DNA of 56,945 nucleotides from Nitrososphaeria archaeon. Lineage in GTDB: Archaea > Thermoproteota > Nitrososphaeria > JACIWG01. The stretch is from contig JARVJS010000014.1 of NCBI GenBank assembly GCA_029776125.1, positions 1 through 56,945 on the forward strand. Direction: 5' to 3'. Positions 18,177-26,038 of this stretch are shown piece by piece. The stretch's first letter is position 1, and each line of letters opens with the position of its first letter. Under the pieces are notes generated by a model. That model saw nothing but the letters and a program-made list of their open reading frames with translations. It was not told the DNA's origin and ran no database searches. Both the position numbers and the translations under genes were made by a program.

Positions 18177-19928
18177 TCAACCTCTTCTGCAGCGTCCCAG
18201 AAACTGTTCCGTGTCCAAGAAGGCTACATTTTCGTCGACTTCTATAATATCGTGGCCTTTGCATAGAAGCCGATGCTCTTTAGCCGCCTTCGGATCCCTC
18301 CATGGGCCGGCTCCGCATGTTATACACCGGAGGAGCCTGGACTCTTCTACAGAATTCTTCTCCCGCTGCTCCCCCGCCTCTGTAACGCTTGTAACATTTG
18401 TAACACTTTTTCCACTCTGTACGCATCCTGCAACAAGATCTGCTGCACCAACATTGTCTGTAACACTTGTAACGCTTGTAACACTTGATTCCTCTGTAGG
18501 CTCATAGTCTGGAACAAACTCCATGAACCTTGTCCTAAGCCTGCCCTCGTCAAACCATATTGGCCTATAAACGCGGTCGATTCTAACAAGCTTAGGAAGC
18601 TGCTCCTGCCTCGGGTGAAACTGCAGAGAATTTATCACGTTCCTAACCTCTCTCGTGGACCATCTTATCTGCTCAGCCAAGTCTGAAGTCTGTAAGGGAA
18701 CAAAAAGATCTTCATTAGTTTTAGGATGCTTTATTTTGTTTTTTGCAAAATATTTTATTCCATTATGTTCTCCCATCAAGTTTTCACGCCAAAATTCATA
18801 GAGTGTGTTGATTATGATGCCGTCTTTTGACATGGCCTTAACTTCTCTCCTCCTCTTCTCCAGAACCTTCAGGATGTCCACAATGTTTGACGCAAAAGAT
18901 GGCTCAATTTTGCCTATCGCCAGCAGAGGCAAGACTGCAGCCGTAAGCCTGTGGTCCCTTATCCCCGGCACCCTTGCACCCTTGTCTATTACAACCTGAT
19001 CCCAGTACCTTAGCCTCAGGTAAAGAAGTTTAGCCTGAAGGTCAAGGCCCTTCTTGATCCAGTCGTCCAGCTCCTCGGTTGGAATCGCCTTCTGGCTTTT
19101 TTCGCAGTAGAAGGGTATCGTGCGATCTTCCAGCGCATTATCCTCCCAAACCCTCCTCTGCGTTATGATTGTGAGGCCAAAATTGTGGAAAACCTCATTA
19201 TATTTTGGGCTGTCAGGATTCTGCCTCGAGATTGGGACACCATAGCATCTGCAGTTCAGGTAATGGGTCAGCTCCGAAGTTTCACCCGTGTTAACGAAGT
19301 CCATTTCGCTCAAGCATAGTGTTCCACGCCACTGGTCAAGAGGCCGATAAAGTGAAGGAACCCTTCTCGTGCTCACGTCATAGAATGGCCTGTAACAGTT
19401 TAGTCTCAGGGCGTTGAGAAGCCTGTCTTTGCCGGAGCCCGAGGGCCCTCTCAAGGCTATTATTGGAGCGAAGGCACCCATTCCCGGAACAATCACGTTA
19501 AATTTGTCCAGGAACCAGCTGCTCTGGGCTACAGCCACCAGAAACTTTACCTCGTCAACCCTGTCAGCTTCACAGTCGTACATGCTGAGAGCCAGCTCGC
19601 ATCCTTCTTGAAAGACTTCACTGAAAGAGGATTCCTTTACCTCTTCAGGCAATAGGACCAGGCCCTTCTTAAGCGAAGGATTGTTTAGAGGCCGGTAAAC
19701 CACACGCTTTAAATCGTCTTTCAGCTCACTTTGAAGTTGGATCAGGATGCTTTTGGCCTGAAGATATCTGACCTCATAAAATGATGTCTCCTCTCTCCGC
19801 CTGTAAACCTGTTCCGCGACAGCGTAGCCTTCTATAACAGGGCTGGGAGAATATATGATGCTCGTGTCTGGAGTGTCGTCCTCGTCCTCCACGCTTTTGC
19901 CGGAAAAAGAGGATGTGGAGCTGCTCAT
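18177..19928 (-). CDS. P-loop NTPase, candidate SF3-like replicative helicase of the element
   Basis: 583 aa. Walker A RGPSGSGKD, Walker B-like TLCLSEMDF, then LTIITQRR (a possible motif C). The C-terminal Cys/His cluster is CITCG...CKGH. This is the last and largest gene of a tightly overlapping five-gene minus-strand operon. The function is inferred. Confidence 0.5.
   Translation of the reverse strand: MSSSTSSFSGKSVEDEDDTPDTSIIYSPSPVIEGYAVAEQVYRRREETSFYEVRYLQAKSILIQLQSELKDDLKRVVYRPLNNPSLKKGLVLLPEEVKESSFSEVFQEGCELALSMYDCEADRVDEVKFLVAVAQSSWFLDKFNVIVPGMGAFAPIIALRGPSGSGKDRLLNALRLNCYRPFYDVSTRRVPSLYRPLDQWRGTLCLSEMDFVNTGETSELTHYLNCRCYGVPISRQNPDSPKYNEVFHNFGLTIITQRRVWEDNALEDRTIPFYCEKSQKAIPTEELDDWIKKGLDLQAKLLYLRLRYWDQVVIDKGARVPGIRDHRLTAAVLPLLAIGKIEPSFASNIVDILKVLEKRRREVKAMSKDGIIINTLYEFWRENLMGEHNGIKYFAKNKIKHPKTNEDLFVPLQTSDLAEQIRWSTREVRNVINSLQFHPRQEQLPKLVRIDRVYRPIWFDEGRLRTRFMEFVPDYEPTEESSVTSVTSVTDNVGAADLVAGCVQSGKSVTNVTSVTEAGEQREKNSVEESRLLRCITCGAGPWRDPKAAKEHRLLCKGHDIIEVDENVAFLDTEQFLGRCRRG
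18381..18407 (+). repeat. Iteron triplet A (3 x 9 bp TGTAACRYT) inside the 3-prime part of the NTPase gene
   Basis: Sequence TGTAACGCTTGTAACATTTGTAACACT, read directly. Confidence 0.8.
18459..18485 (+). repeat. Iteron triplet B (3 x 9 bp TGTAACRYT) inside the 3-prime part of the NTPase gene
   Basis: Sequence TGTAACACTTGTAACGCTTGTAACACT. It encodes the SVTSVTSVT peptide on the minus strand. Confidence 0.8.
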
Positions 19929-19932
19929 CGGA

Positions 19933-20166
19933 TCACCTCCCTTTCAGCCGATACAAGATGATGAGGAAGACTGTTGCAGCATTTCTCCCGCAGAGGTCAC
20001 ATTCTCCCGGCCCCCATGCTGCGAGAGCATCGTATCCGAGAACCTTTTCCCTCAAGCATCTTCTGCAGACTGCTAAAGAGGTTTTGTCCAAAAAATGGGT
20101 TGGGGGGACAGTCATTGAACCACCTCCATCTTCTCGCAGACTTTCCTGTGAGCCCAGAGCGCGCAC
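19933..20166 (-). CDS. Small zinc-ribbon protein (hypothetical)
   Basis: Contains CRRC...CDLCG. A likely internal ATG gives MTVPPTHF (60 aa). The stop lies 4 nt before the NTPase start. Confidence 0.4.
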   Translation of the reverse strand: MRALGSQESLREDGGGSMTVPPTHFLDKTSLAVCRRCLREKVLGYDALAAWGPGECDLCGRNAATVFLIILYRLKGR

Positions 20167-20435
20167 CCGTAAACCTGCTTGAACCTGTCCCCTCGGACTA
20201 CCGTGAAAGAGTATTCGACGCCGTCGTCAACCACCTCCGTCCTGAAGTCGCCGATGTAGTTCATCATCCAGTACACCTTCAGCCTCTCGTGAAGCCAATA
20301 GTATATTCTGTAGGTTTCCGGAGAAGGCGGCGGAAGCTTGAACACGATCCTATCCCCGCGCCTGAACATGAAGCCTTCACTTTCCACCATTCTCCTCCGC
20401 CTCCAGACAGAGTTTCTCGCGCCTGAACAGTTCAA
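20112..20435 (-). CDS. Hypothetical protein (operon member)
   Basis: 107-aa frame overlapping its neighbours in an operon-like chain. A likely start is at MVESEGFMF. No motif recognised. Confidence 0.35.
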   Translation of the reverse strand: MNCSGARNSVWRRRRMVESEGFMFRRGDRIVFKLPPPSPETYRIYYWLHERLKVYWMMNYIGDFRTEVVDDGVEYSFTVVRGDRFKQVYGCALWAHRKVCEKMEVVQ

Positions 20436-20664
20436 ACAGGGCCTTCAGCATCCCGTTGGACAACTGAACCTGGTTCTCCAGCATGGAGGTCGAAGAAATC
20501 TTCAGAGAGTGAACTAGGCCGCGCTCATCCTGTTCCACGTCAACGTGGTAGTAAATGATGCCGTCGCCGAACTCGCATGGGATTTCAACAGCATAGGAGA
20601 CTGTTACAGTCCCAGTTTTCCGCACAATCGCCTGCCTCCCCCTACACTCCATCCTCCACTTCAC
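20377..20664 (-). CDS. Hypothetical protein (operon member)
   Basis: 95-aa frame. An internal ATG (MECRGRQ) overlaps the stop of the upstream gene in a coupled arrangement. No motif recognised. Confidence 0.35.
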   Translation of the reverse strand: MKWRMECRGRQAIVRKTGTVTVSYAVEIPCEFGDGIIYYHVDVEQDERGLVHSLKISSTSMLENQVQLSNGMLKALFELFRREKLCLEAEENGGK

Positions 20665-20833
20665 CTCTCACGGGAACAATGAGGATGCTGCCGTCATCGT
20701 AGAAAACGTATTCGACCAAGCGCCCATGTCCCAGCTTCTGCCACCTGACCCAGTCGCTTGGAGCAGCCATCACGTATTCCACGTCCCCCTTCCTTCGAAT
20801 CCTATACACTTTTCTCCTGATGACCTGAGCCAC
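20642..20833 (-). CDS. AbrB/SpoVT (MazE-like) swapped-hairpin DNA-binding protein, first gene of the replication operon
   Basis: RKVYRIRRKGDVEYVMAAPSDWVRWQKLGHGRLVEYVFYDDGSILIVP resembles the AbrB-type looped-hinge pattern. The ORF-track frame extends to 20962, but that N-terminal part is hydrophobic and low-complexity. I therefore prefer the GTG at 20833. Confidence 0.4.
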   Translation of the reverse strand: MAQVIRRKVYRIRRKGDVEYVMAAPSDWVRWQKLGHGRLVEYVFYDDGSILIVPVRGEVEDGV

Positions 20834-20998
20834 GCAGATCACCTGACAAAAGAAGAATACAGCCTTAAAAAGGAATGGAAGAATTCTACCGAAAACATTA
20901 TCCCGGCCGGAAAATGTAAGCCACCCTCTCTCGGGAAAAGCCTGCCCCCACAAGCATGCCACAAGCCCAACCCTTCTCCTTCTCCTTCCCTTCTCCCC

Positions 20999-21191
20999 TA
21001 AACGGGCGTCGCCTAAACGGGCTTCGCCCGTTTAATCATGCAAGAATGCGAAGCATTGTTGCAGCATACAGAGTGGAAAAAGTGTTACAAGCGTTACAAG
21101 CGTTACAGCCTAAACAGGCGAAGCCTGTTTAATCTAAACAGACTTCGTCCGTTTAATCTTATATCATGCAAGAATACGGAGTATTGTTGCA
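20999..21191. other. Highly structured intergenic region, candidate replication origin or master operator of the element
   Basis: Three 21-bp palindromes TAAACNGNC-nnn-GNCNGTTTA lie at 21014-21034, 21111-21131 and 21135-21155, with a half-site at 20999-21013. Two 25-nt hairpins TGCAAGAAT..ATTGTTGCA lie at 21039-21063 and 21167-21191 and show a compensatory base-pair change. An inverted iteron triplet lies at 21081-21107. Confidence 0.6.
21081..21107 (-). repeat. Iteron triplet C (reverse complement of 3 x TGTAACRCT)
   Basis: AGTGTTACAAGCGTTACAAGCGTTACA is the inverted counterpart of the triplets at 18381 and 18459. Confidence 0.8.
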
Positions 21192-21266
21192 GCAGGATCC
21201 GAAGGATGCTGCAGCAGAGGACTAGAGGATAAGGGGATGGGAGGCGGGGGTTTGGGCTTGTTTTGG

Positions 21267-21650
21267 TCACCGGTTTCTGAAGGTTATGCGGGCTGGGAGG
21301 CTGCTGGCGTCAAATTCTGTGGTAAGAATCTTTTTCCAGGCCAGGTTGCAGTAGAAGACCATGATCCTGCAGCCGCGTGCGCGGGCGTAGGAGACTTCTG
21401 CGCCGACCTCCTCGAGGCAGCATAAGCCGTATTCTTTCAAAAAAAGCTTTTTTAGGCCAATAGAACATTTTGGGCCAAGGGTTCTGGAGAGGACACTGTC
21501 CACTGAAGATGCGACAGCCTCCCTGAAAGACTGCAGCCCAAGGGAACTCTTTTCTCTAAAACCAACATTGTGTGCGGACAGAATATTTATGGAAACAAAA
21601 TTTTCTTCCCAACCCCCCTCCAACTCAAGCACATGCTTAGTATACGACAA
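21267..21650 (-). CDS. Hypothetical protein (uncertain gene)
   Basis: 127-aa frame with a TTG start. The 5-prime end overlaps an AAGCACATGCTT palindrome. No motif recognised, and GC-rich DNA generates many chance frames. Confidence 0.25.
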   Translation of the reverse strand: MSYTKHVLELEGGWEENFVSINILSAHNVGFREKSSLGLQSFREAVASSVDSVLSRTLGPKCSIGLKKLFLKEYGLCCLEEVGAEVSYARARGCRIMVFYCNLAWKKILTTEFDASSLPARITFRNR

Positions 21651-21693
21651 AAATTTTTAAATAAAAGCCCATACATTATTTACTTGAACAAAG

Positions 21694-22242
21694 TTGGCCG
21701 CTAAAATTCCAAGCGGTTTCACCCTAGTCGAGGGGGAGCGTCCATACTATTATGCAAGACTAAGCTGGAAAGCGAACTGGCTTCTCATACTCTTGGGGAT
21801 TCTGACGATCTGGGTCTTCGGCTTCGGCCTAATCTTCTTCATCATAGCCTTCCTGAGGGTTAAGGCTACAGAATATTTTATAACAAGCCACAGAATGTAC
21901 ACAAAATACGGTCTAATAGGAAGAAGGGTTTTCGAGATAAAAAACGAGTGGATCACGGGCGTGATGGTTAGACAGGGGTTCATCAGCAGAATACTCAACT
22001 ACGGCGACATCGTCTACAGCACGCCCGGCCAATACGCTGGCTCCGTCGCAATGATAGGCGTATCGGACCCAATGCACGTTAGAACAATAGTCGAAGACAT
22101 CCTGAACAAGTTCAAAGAAAGGCAGAAGCTGCAGGAAGAGCTGAAGGCTGTCGAAAGAGAATACGAGTTCGGAAGAATATCGAAGGAAAAGTATGAGGAG
22201 CTGAAGAAAAAGTACGAGGAAAAGATTAGGATCCTAGGCTAA
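21694..22242 (+). CDS. Membrane protein with bacterial PH (bPH_2/YdbT-like) domain and C-terminal SHOCT domain
   Basis: 182 aa. Two TM helices (NWLLILLGILTIWVFGFGLIFFIIAFL) are followed by YFITSHRMYTKYGLIGRRVFEIKNEWITGVMVRQGFISRILNYGDI (bPH_2 pattern). The tail EREYEFGRISKEKYEELKKKYEEKI is SHOCT-like. Confidence 0.6.
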   Translation: MAAKIPSGFTLVEGERPYYYARLSWKANWLLILLGILTIWVFGFGLIFFIIAFLRVKATEYFITSHRMYTKYGLIGRRVFEIKNEWITGVMVRQGFISRILNYGDIVYSTPGQYAGSVAMIGVSDPMHVRTIVEDILNKFKERQKLQEELKAVEREYEFGRISKEKYEELKKKYEEKIRILG

Positions 22243-22633
22243 GCCTCCCCCAAACACACTCTTTTTTCAACACATCCAACTTAAGCATGTGCTTTAACAG
22301 TCCAATCTAGGCCTAGTCCAAAGACACGTTCTCCTAAACAGTGTAACCAAGACTATCTACTATACATCCATGCTATTTATTCATTTGTTGATGCAAATGT
22401 TCTGTCAACGTAATCAGAGAAAACTCTGCTAACACGAACATCGTCTCTCATCGTAGGCTTCCCACATCCATAGCTGATACCAGCTTAAAGTAAACAAACT
22501 AGATAAAAAATCTTACACTAAATCCTGTCAGCCACACCATTCAACAAAAGTCTCTCGCACACTAGCCTAAGCACATGCTTCAGCAGCCCAGCCTAGATTC
22601 AGCAGAATCCTGCACCGCCTAACCATACCTAAA

Positions 22634-23344
22634 TTAGAACAACTTAACACTAAAATCATCGCTTGACGTGTGGGTAACCGCACCTGGGGCTGTCCAAATA
22701 CTATTACCTATGTTACTTGACTGTCTAGGCTTATTTGCGTTTTCTAAAAATTCTTCTGCACGTTTCATATAGCAGCTGTCAGTAAATAGTCTTTTGAGCA
22801 TTTTATATGTTCCCCTATAAAACCTTATCAAATTGATACAATTTTCCTTCGGATCAAATGTTCTTAAATTGTCATATTTGTTAAACCTGCTTATATCTTC
22901 TAACTCCCTAATGTCATTATCTGACAGCCTACATTTTCTTATCTTTACTTGCTTTTCTCCTGGAAAGACTAACCCTATTCGGTGGGTAAGAGAGTTTCTT
23001 GTATCCCAAATAATATCAATGATCCCTTTTGGGTCTTGGACGCCTTCTTCACGCCATGGATAAAAGTCATTTAATAAGTCTTTGAAGTGGTCAAAATCCT
23101 TGTTTCCTTTACCCTGCAAGTAAGCCTCCAACTCTTTTGGATCATAAAGGGTGATCGAAATTCCACTGACAACGTCGACCATAAAATTGAAGAGTGCAAA
23201 GTTGCAGCCGCCTTTACAATTATTTTCAGGAAGAGGGTGTTTAAGCATTGCTCTCATGTCATCAAAAAGCATGTCTACACGCTCTCCTAGAAACTTATGA
23301 ACTTGAGGATATTTTCCCTTATCTATTAAATCTGACGGATTCAT
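22634..23344 (-). CDS. Hypothetical protein with a candidate HEPN-type Rx4H motif
   Basis: 236 aa. IWDTRNSLTHRIG contains R-N-x3-H, as in HEPN RNase active sites. The gene lies in a lower-GC islet within the element. No other motif recognised. Confidence 0.35.
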   Translation of the reverse strand: MNPSDLIDKGKYPQVHKFLGERVDMLFDDMRAMLKHPLPENNCKGGCNFALFNFMVDVVSGISITLYDPKELEAYLQGKGNKDFDHFKDLLNDFYPWREEGVQDPKGIIDIIWDTRNSLTHRIGLVFPGEKQVKIRKCRLSDNDIRELEDISRFNKYDNLRTFDPKENCINLIRFYRGTYKMLKRLFTDSCYMKRAEEFLENANKPRQSSNIGNSIWTAPGAVTHTSSDDFSVKLF

Positions 23345-23417
23345 GGGGTTCAGTAATCAATCTTGTTTAATAAGCTTTTTTCTAAAAGAATGTTTAGGAT
23401 TCCAGTTTTTATGGCCT

Positions 23418-25610
23418 TTAAACGCCTTTCTTCCGCATCCCTTTATGGACAACTGCTGCACACACTATGGCAAGTAAAGCTATCGCTATAACAGTGCCCG
23501 TTAACCATATTGTAGCAGATTCCGGCTGCCCAGTTGAAGTGGTTGAGGTTGTTAAGGTGGTGGTTGTTGGCTGAGAAGTTGTTGTCGGAGAAGGAGGGGT
23601 TGTAGTGGTTAAGGTTGTGGTTGTTGGCGCTTGGACTGTTACAGTTTTCTGGCTTAAGCCTACGTTTCCTGCAGCATCTCTGACCTTCAATGTCACCAGA
23701 TATGTTCCAGGATTCTTGTAGGTGTAGGTAAAGGTTTTCTCGAACACTATTGTGCCGTCTCCAAGGTTCCACTCGTAGCCTACTACAGCGAAGTTGTCGC
23801 TTGCAACAGCATCGAATATGATAGTTTCACCAACTCTTATAGTCTGGTCTGGGCCTGCGTCAGCCAAAGGCTTAGTCATATCCAATATGATTGACGCTTC
23901 ATATGTTTGTGAAACGAGGCCTGCCCTATCCTTAAACTGCACATACACTGTTTTAGGTCCATCGCCAGCATCCAAAGTCCAAGGCATTGGAGAAGAAAAT
24001 GGCCGCCAACTGCTCCAAACACGTTCATCGTTGCTTAAACGCACTTCCGCTACACCAGACAAATTATCGTACCCTAACAGAATGAGATTCACTAAAGTGC
24101 TGTTCGTGTACTTTGAACCTTCATTTATGGCAACGGAGCCTGTGGGAGGAGACAAATCCAACTTTATTCCCTTCAAAAAGTGATGTTCTTCCTCGTTTCC
24201 AGCATAGTCGACACTCCAATATTCTAGAGTATTGTTGAAACCCTCGTCACTAATCCAAGGCTGTCCGTCTGCACCAACACTGCGAACAGGCCCACCATTA
24301 ACTCGATAGAAGGTTTCAGCTACGCCGCTTAAATCGTCTGAGGCAGTCAAGTTTATAGAAAAATAGCTTGTGTGCCAAAGGCCATCGTAGTCGTCGACTG
24401 TAACGGGAGGCATACTGTCTCCAACTTCAAGAACCTTAACGTTAGCTGTCGTACTATTTTTGAACCCGAACTCGTCAACAACTGTTAGAGTCACACTATA
24501 GTCGCCGGACACAGTATAACTGTGCACGACTTTCGGAGACAATGTAGTAGTAACGTTACCGTCACCGAAATCCCAAACATACTTGACAATAGAACTGTAT
24601 AGGCCAAAACTTGCTGACCCGTCAAAAGCCACCTTCTTGCCCACGGAAACCATGGACGGCGAATACGAGAATTTAACAATTAAAGGAAGTGTGGGCGTGT
24701 CAGGGTGAGGCTCAACTAGAATCGGCAAATACTCGATAAAGCCTGCGCAGGTTATGTCATCCTTCTTATCGTAAATCATTGAATCAATAACAGCTGTGTC
24801 ATTGGTTCCCCAATAATTTTCAGTCGCAATCATAGCCGCTTCACGAATTCCTGGATACAATTTCAAAACTGTTCCACTCACACCGATAAATGAATTATAT
24901 TTAACAACTGTTTTTCCCACATAACTTGCCCAATTTTCTACGACAAAACCCCTGTTTCCTTTGAAGAGATTATACCTTATGTAAACGTTGCGACCGCCGC
25001 TTCCAACAGAAAAGCCAGCCGAGTTTATAAAAATATTATATTCCACATAGACATCTCTCATAGGATACCACACATATGAGAAGTCTTTCAAGTTAATTAG
25101 TTCACAATATTTTATGCTAAAGGAACCATATGTGGAGTAACCCGTCGCAGGCCAAAGACTTAATCCGTCCCTAATGATGCAGTAACTTAGATTCAAAAAC
25201 GATGATTCGCCAGAACTTTTGGGGCTAAAAAAATTAGAAACTCCTCCGCCGTCAAAAACTATTTTATTAGCAGGCGTCCCATGAGCCTCAATTCTCCCAT
25301 GCAATAGAAACATGTCAGGTGGGCTGCGGCTGACGACCGTCACACCCGGTTCAATGGTAAGAGTCACATTCTCCGGTATCTGCACGGTCTCAACTACAAT
25401 ATACGGACTATTCTCCAGCGTCCACACAGTATCCTTCCAGATTATCCCGCCGACAGTCGTACCCGAGCCGCTGGAGCCCACGGCCTCCACCCCACCAAAA
25501 ACTGTCCCAGAAACAGGAAAACATGAAAATAGGACAACAATAGCCAGAATCCCCAAAAAACTCTTGCACACTCTGAACATCATATCACATAAGCCTCTGC
25601 GGAAAAACAA
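23418..25610 (-). CDS. Secreted, membrane-anchored surface protein with right-handed beta-helix region, two PKD domains and Ig-like domains
   Basis: 730 aa. Signal-like N-terminus (likely start MMFRVCKSFLGILAIVVLF). Repetitive beta-helix segment. PKD signatures WDFGDGN...HSYTVSGDYSVTLTVVDEFG and WNLGDGT...YTYKNPGTYLVTLKVRDAAGN. DxLSGV Ig-like modules, a Thr/Pro-rich stalk, and a C-terminal TM helix plus a basic tail. Confidence 0.7.
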   Translation of the reverse strand: MFFRRGLCDMMFRVCKSFLGILAIVVLFSCFPVSGTVFGGVEAVGSSGSGTTVGGIIWKDTVWTLENSPYIVVETVQIPENVTLTIEPGVTVVSRSPPDMFLLHGRIEAHGTPANKIVFDGGGVSNFFSPKSSGESSFLNLSYCIIRDGLSLWPATGYSTYGSFSIKYCELINLKDFSYVWYPMRDVYVEYNIFINSAGFSVGSGGRNVYIRYNLFKGNRGFVVENWASYVGKTVVKYNSFIGVSGTVLKLYPGIREAAMIATENYWGTNDTAVIDSMIYDKKDDITCAGFIEYLPILVEPHPDTPTLPLIVKFSYSPSMVSVGKKVAFDGSASFGLYSSIVKYVWDFGDGNVTTTLSPKVVHSYTVSGDYSVTLTVVDEFGFKNSTTANVKVLEVGDSMPPVTVDDYDGLWHTSYFSINLTASDDLSGVAETFYRVNGGPVRSVGADGQPWISDEGFNNTLEYWSVDYAGNEEEHHFLKGIKLDLSPPTGSVAINEGSKYTNSTLVNLILLGYDNLSGVAEVRLSNDERVWSSWRPFSSPMPWTLDAGDGPKTVYVQFKDRAGLVSQTYEASIILDMTKPLADAGPDQTIRVGETIIFDAVASDNFAVVGYEWNLGDGTIVFEKTFTYTYKNPGTYLVTLKVRDAAGNVGLSQKTVTVQAPTTTTLTTTTPPSPTTTSQPTTTTLTTSTTSTGQPESATIWLTGTVIAIALLAIVCAAVVHKGMRKKGV

Positions 25611-26038
25611 TACCGTTTGAGTAGAAAACTTATTTAAACATTATGGTCCTCCAGCCAAAGAAGACCTTCGCCCCAAAACATCCTACAGCCTCCCATCCCA
25701 TGCCAGCCAACTCCCTCCCCCCTCCATGGTCGACACCATCGTCTCTGCAGCCTTCAGCAGCGTTTACCCTTTAACGGTGGAGGAAACAAAAGTTTCGTCC
25801 CAAACCAAGCTAAAGCACATGCTTTAGCAGGCCCAGCCCAGACTCCGCCAAACCTAACTTCCTAAGCGTGCCTAAACATTCTCATTGTAAGATTACATAA
25901 TGCTAAAGCAAGAGACCTTTCAACCATACTCTTTTACATGCATGTTATCGCAAGAGACGACAACGTCCCCGAAATACTTGAGATTATACCTTCACCGGAG
26001 GAGGTTAGTGACATGGTACGCGAGAAGGGAGAATAGCA

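Noticed and set aside
18381-18485. SVTSVTSVT / NVTSVT as a functional peptide repeat (for example a glycosylation sequon array)
   Set aside because: The same 9-bp unit recurs in inverted orientation in non-coding DNA at 21081-21107. A DNA-level (iteron) explanation is therefore more economical. The protein is predicted to be cytoplasmic, which makes N-glycosylation irrelevant.
19855-20426. Plus-strand ORFs of 73, 89 and 150 aa overlapping the small-gene chain
   Set aside because: The minus-strand frames form a stop/start-coupled chain ending in the ATPase gene and include an AbrB-like and a zinc-ribbon signature. The plus-strand translations are Pro/Arg-rich with no motif. Strand choice still deserves RNA-seq confirmation.
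21038-21232. 64-aa plus-strand ORF
   Set aside because: It lies entirely within the hairpin, palindrome and iteron block. The repeats explain the sequence better than coding does.
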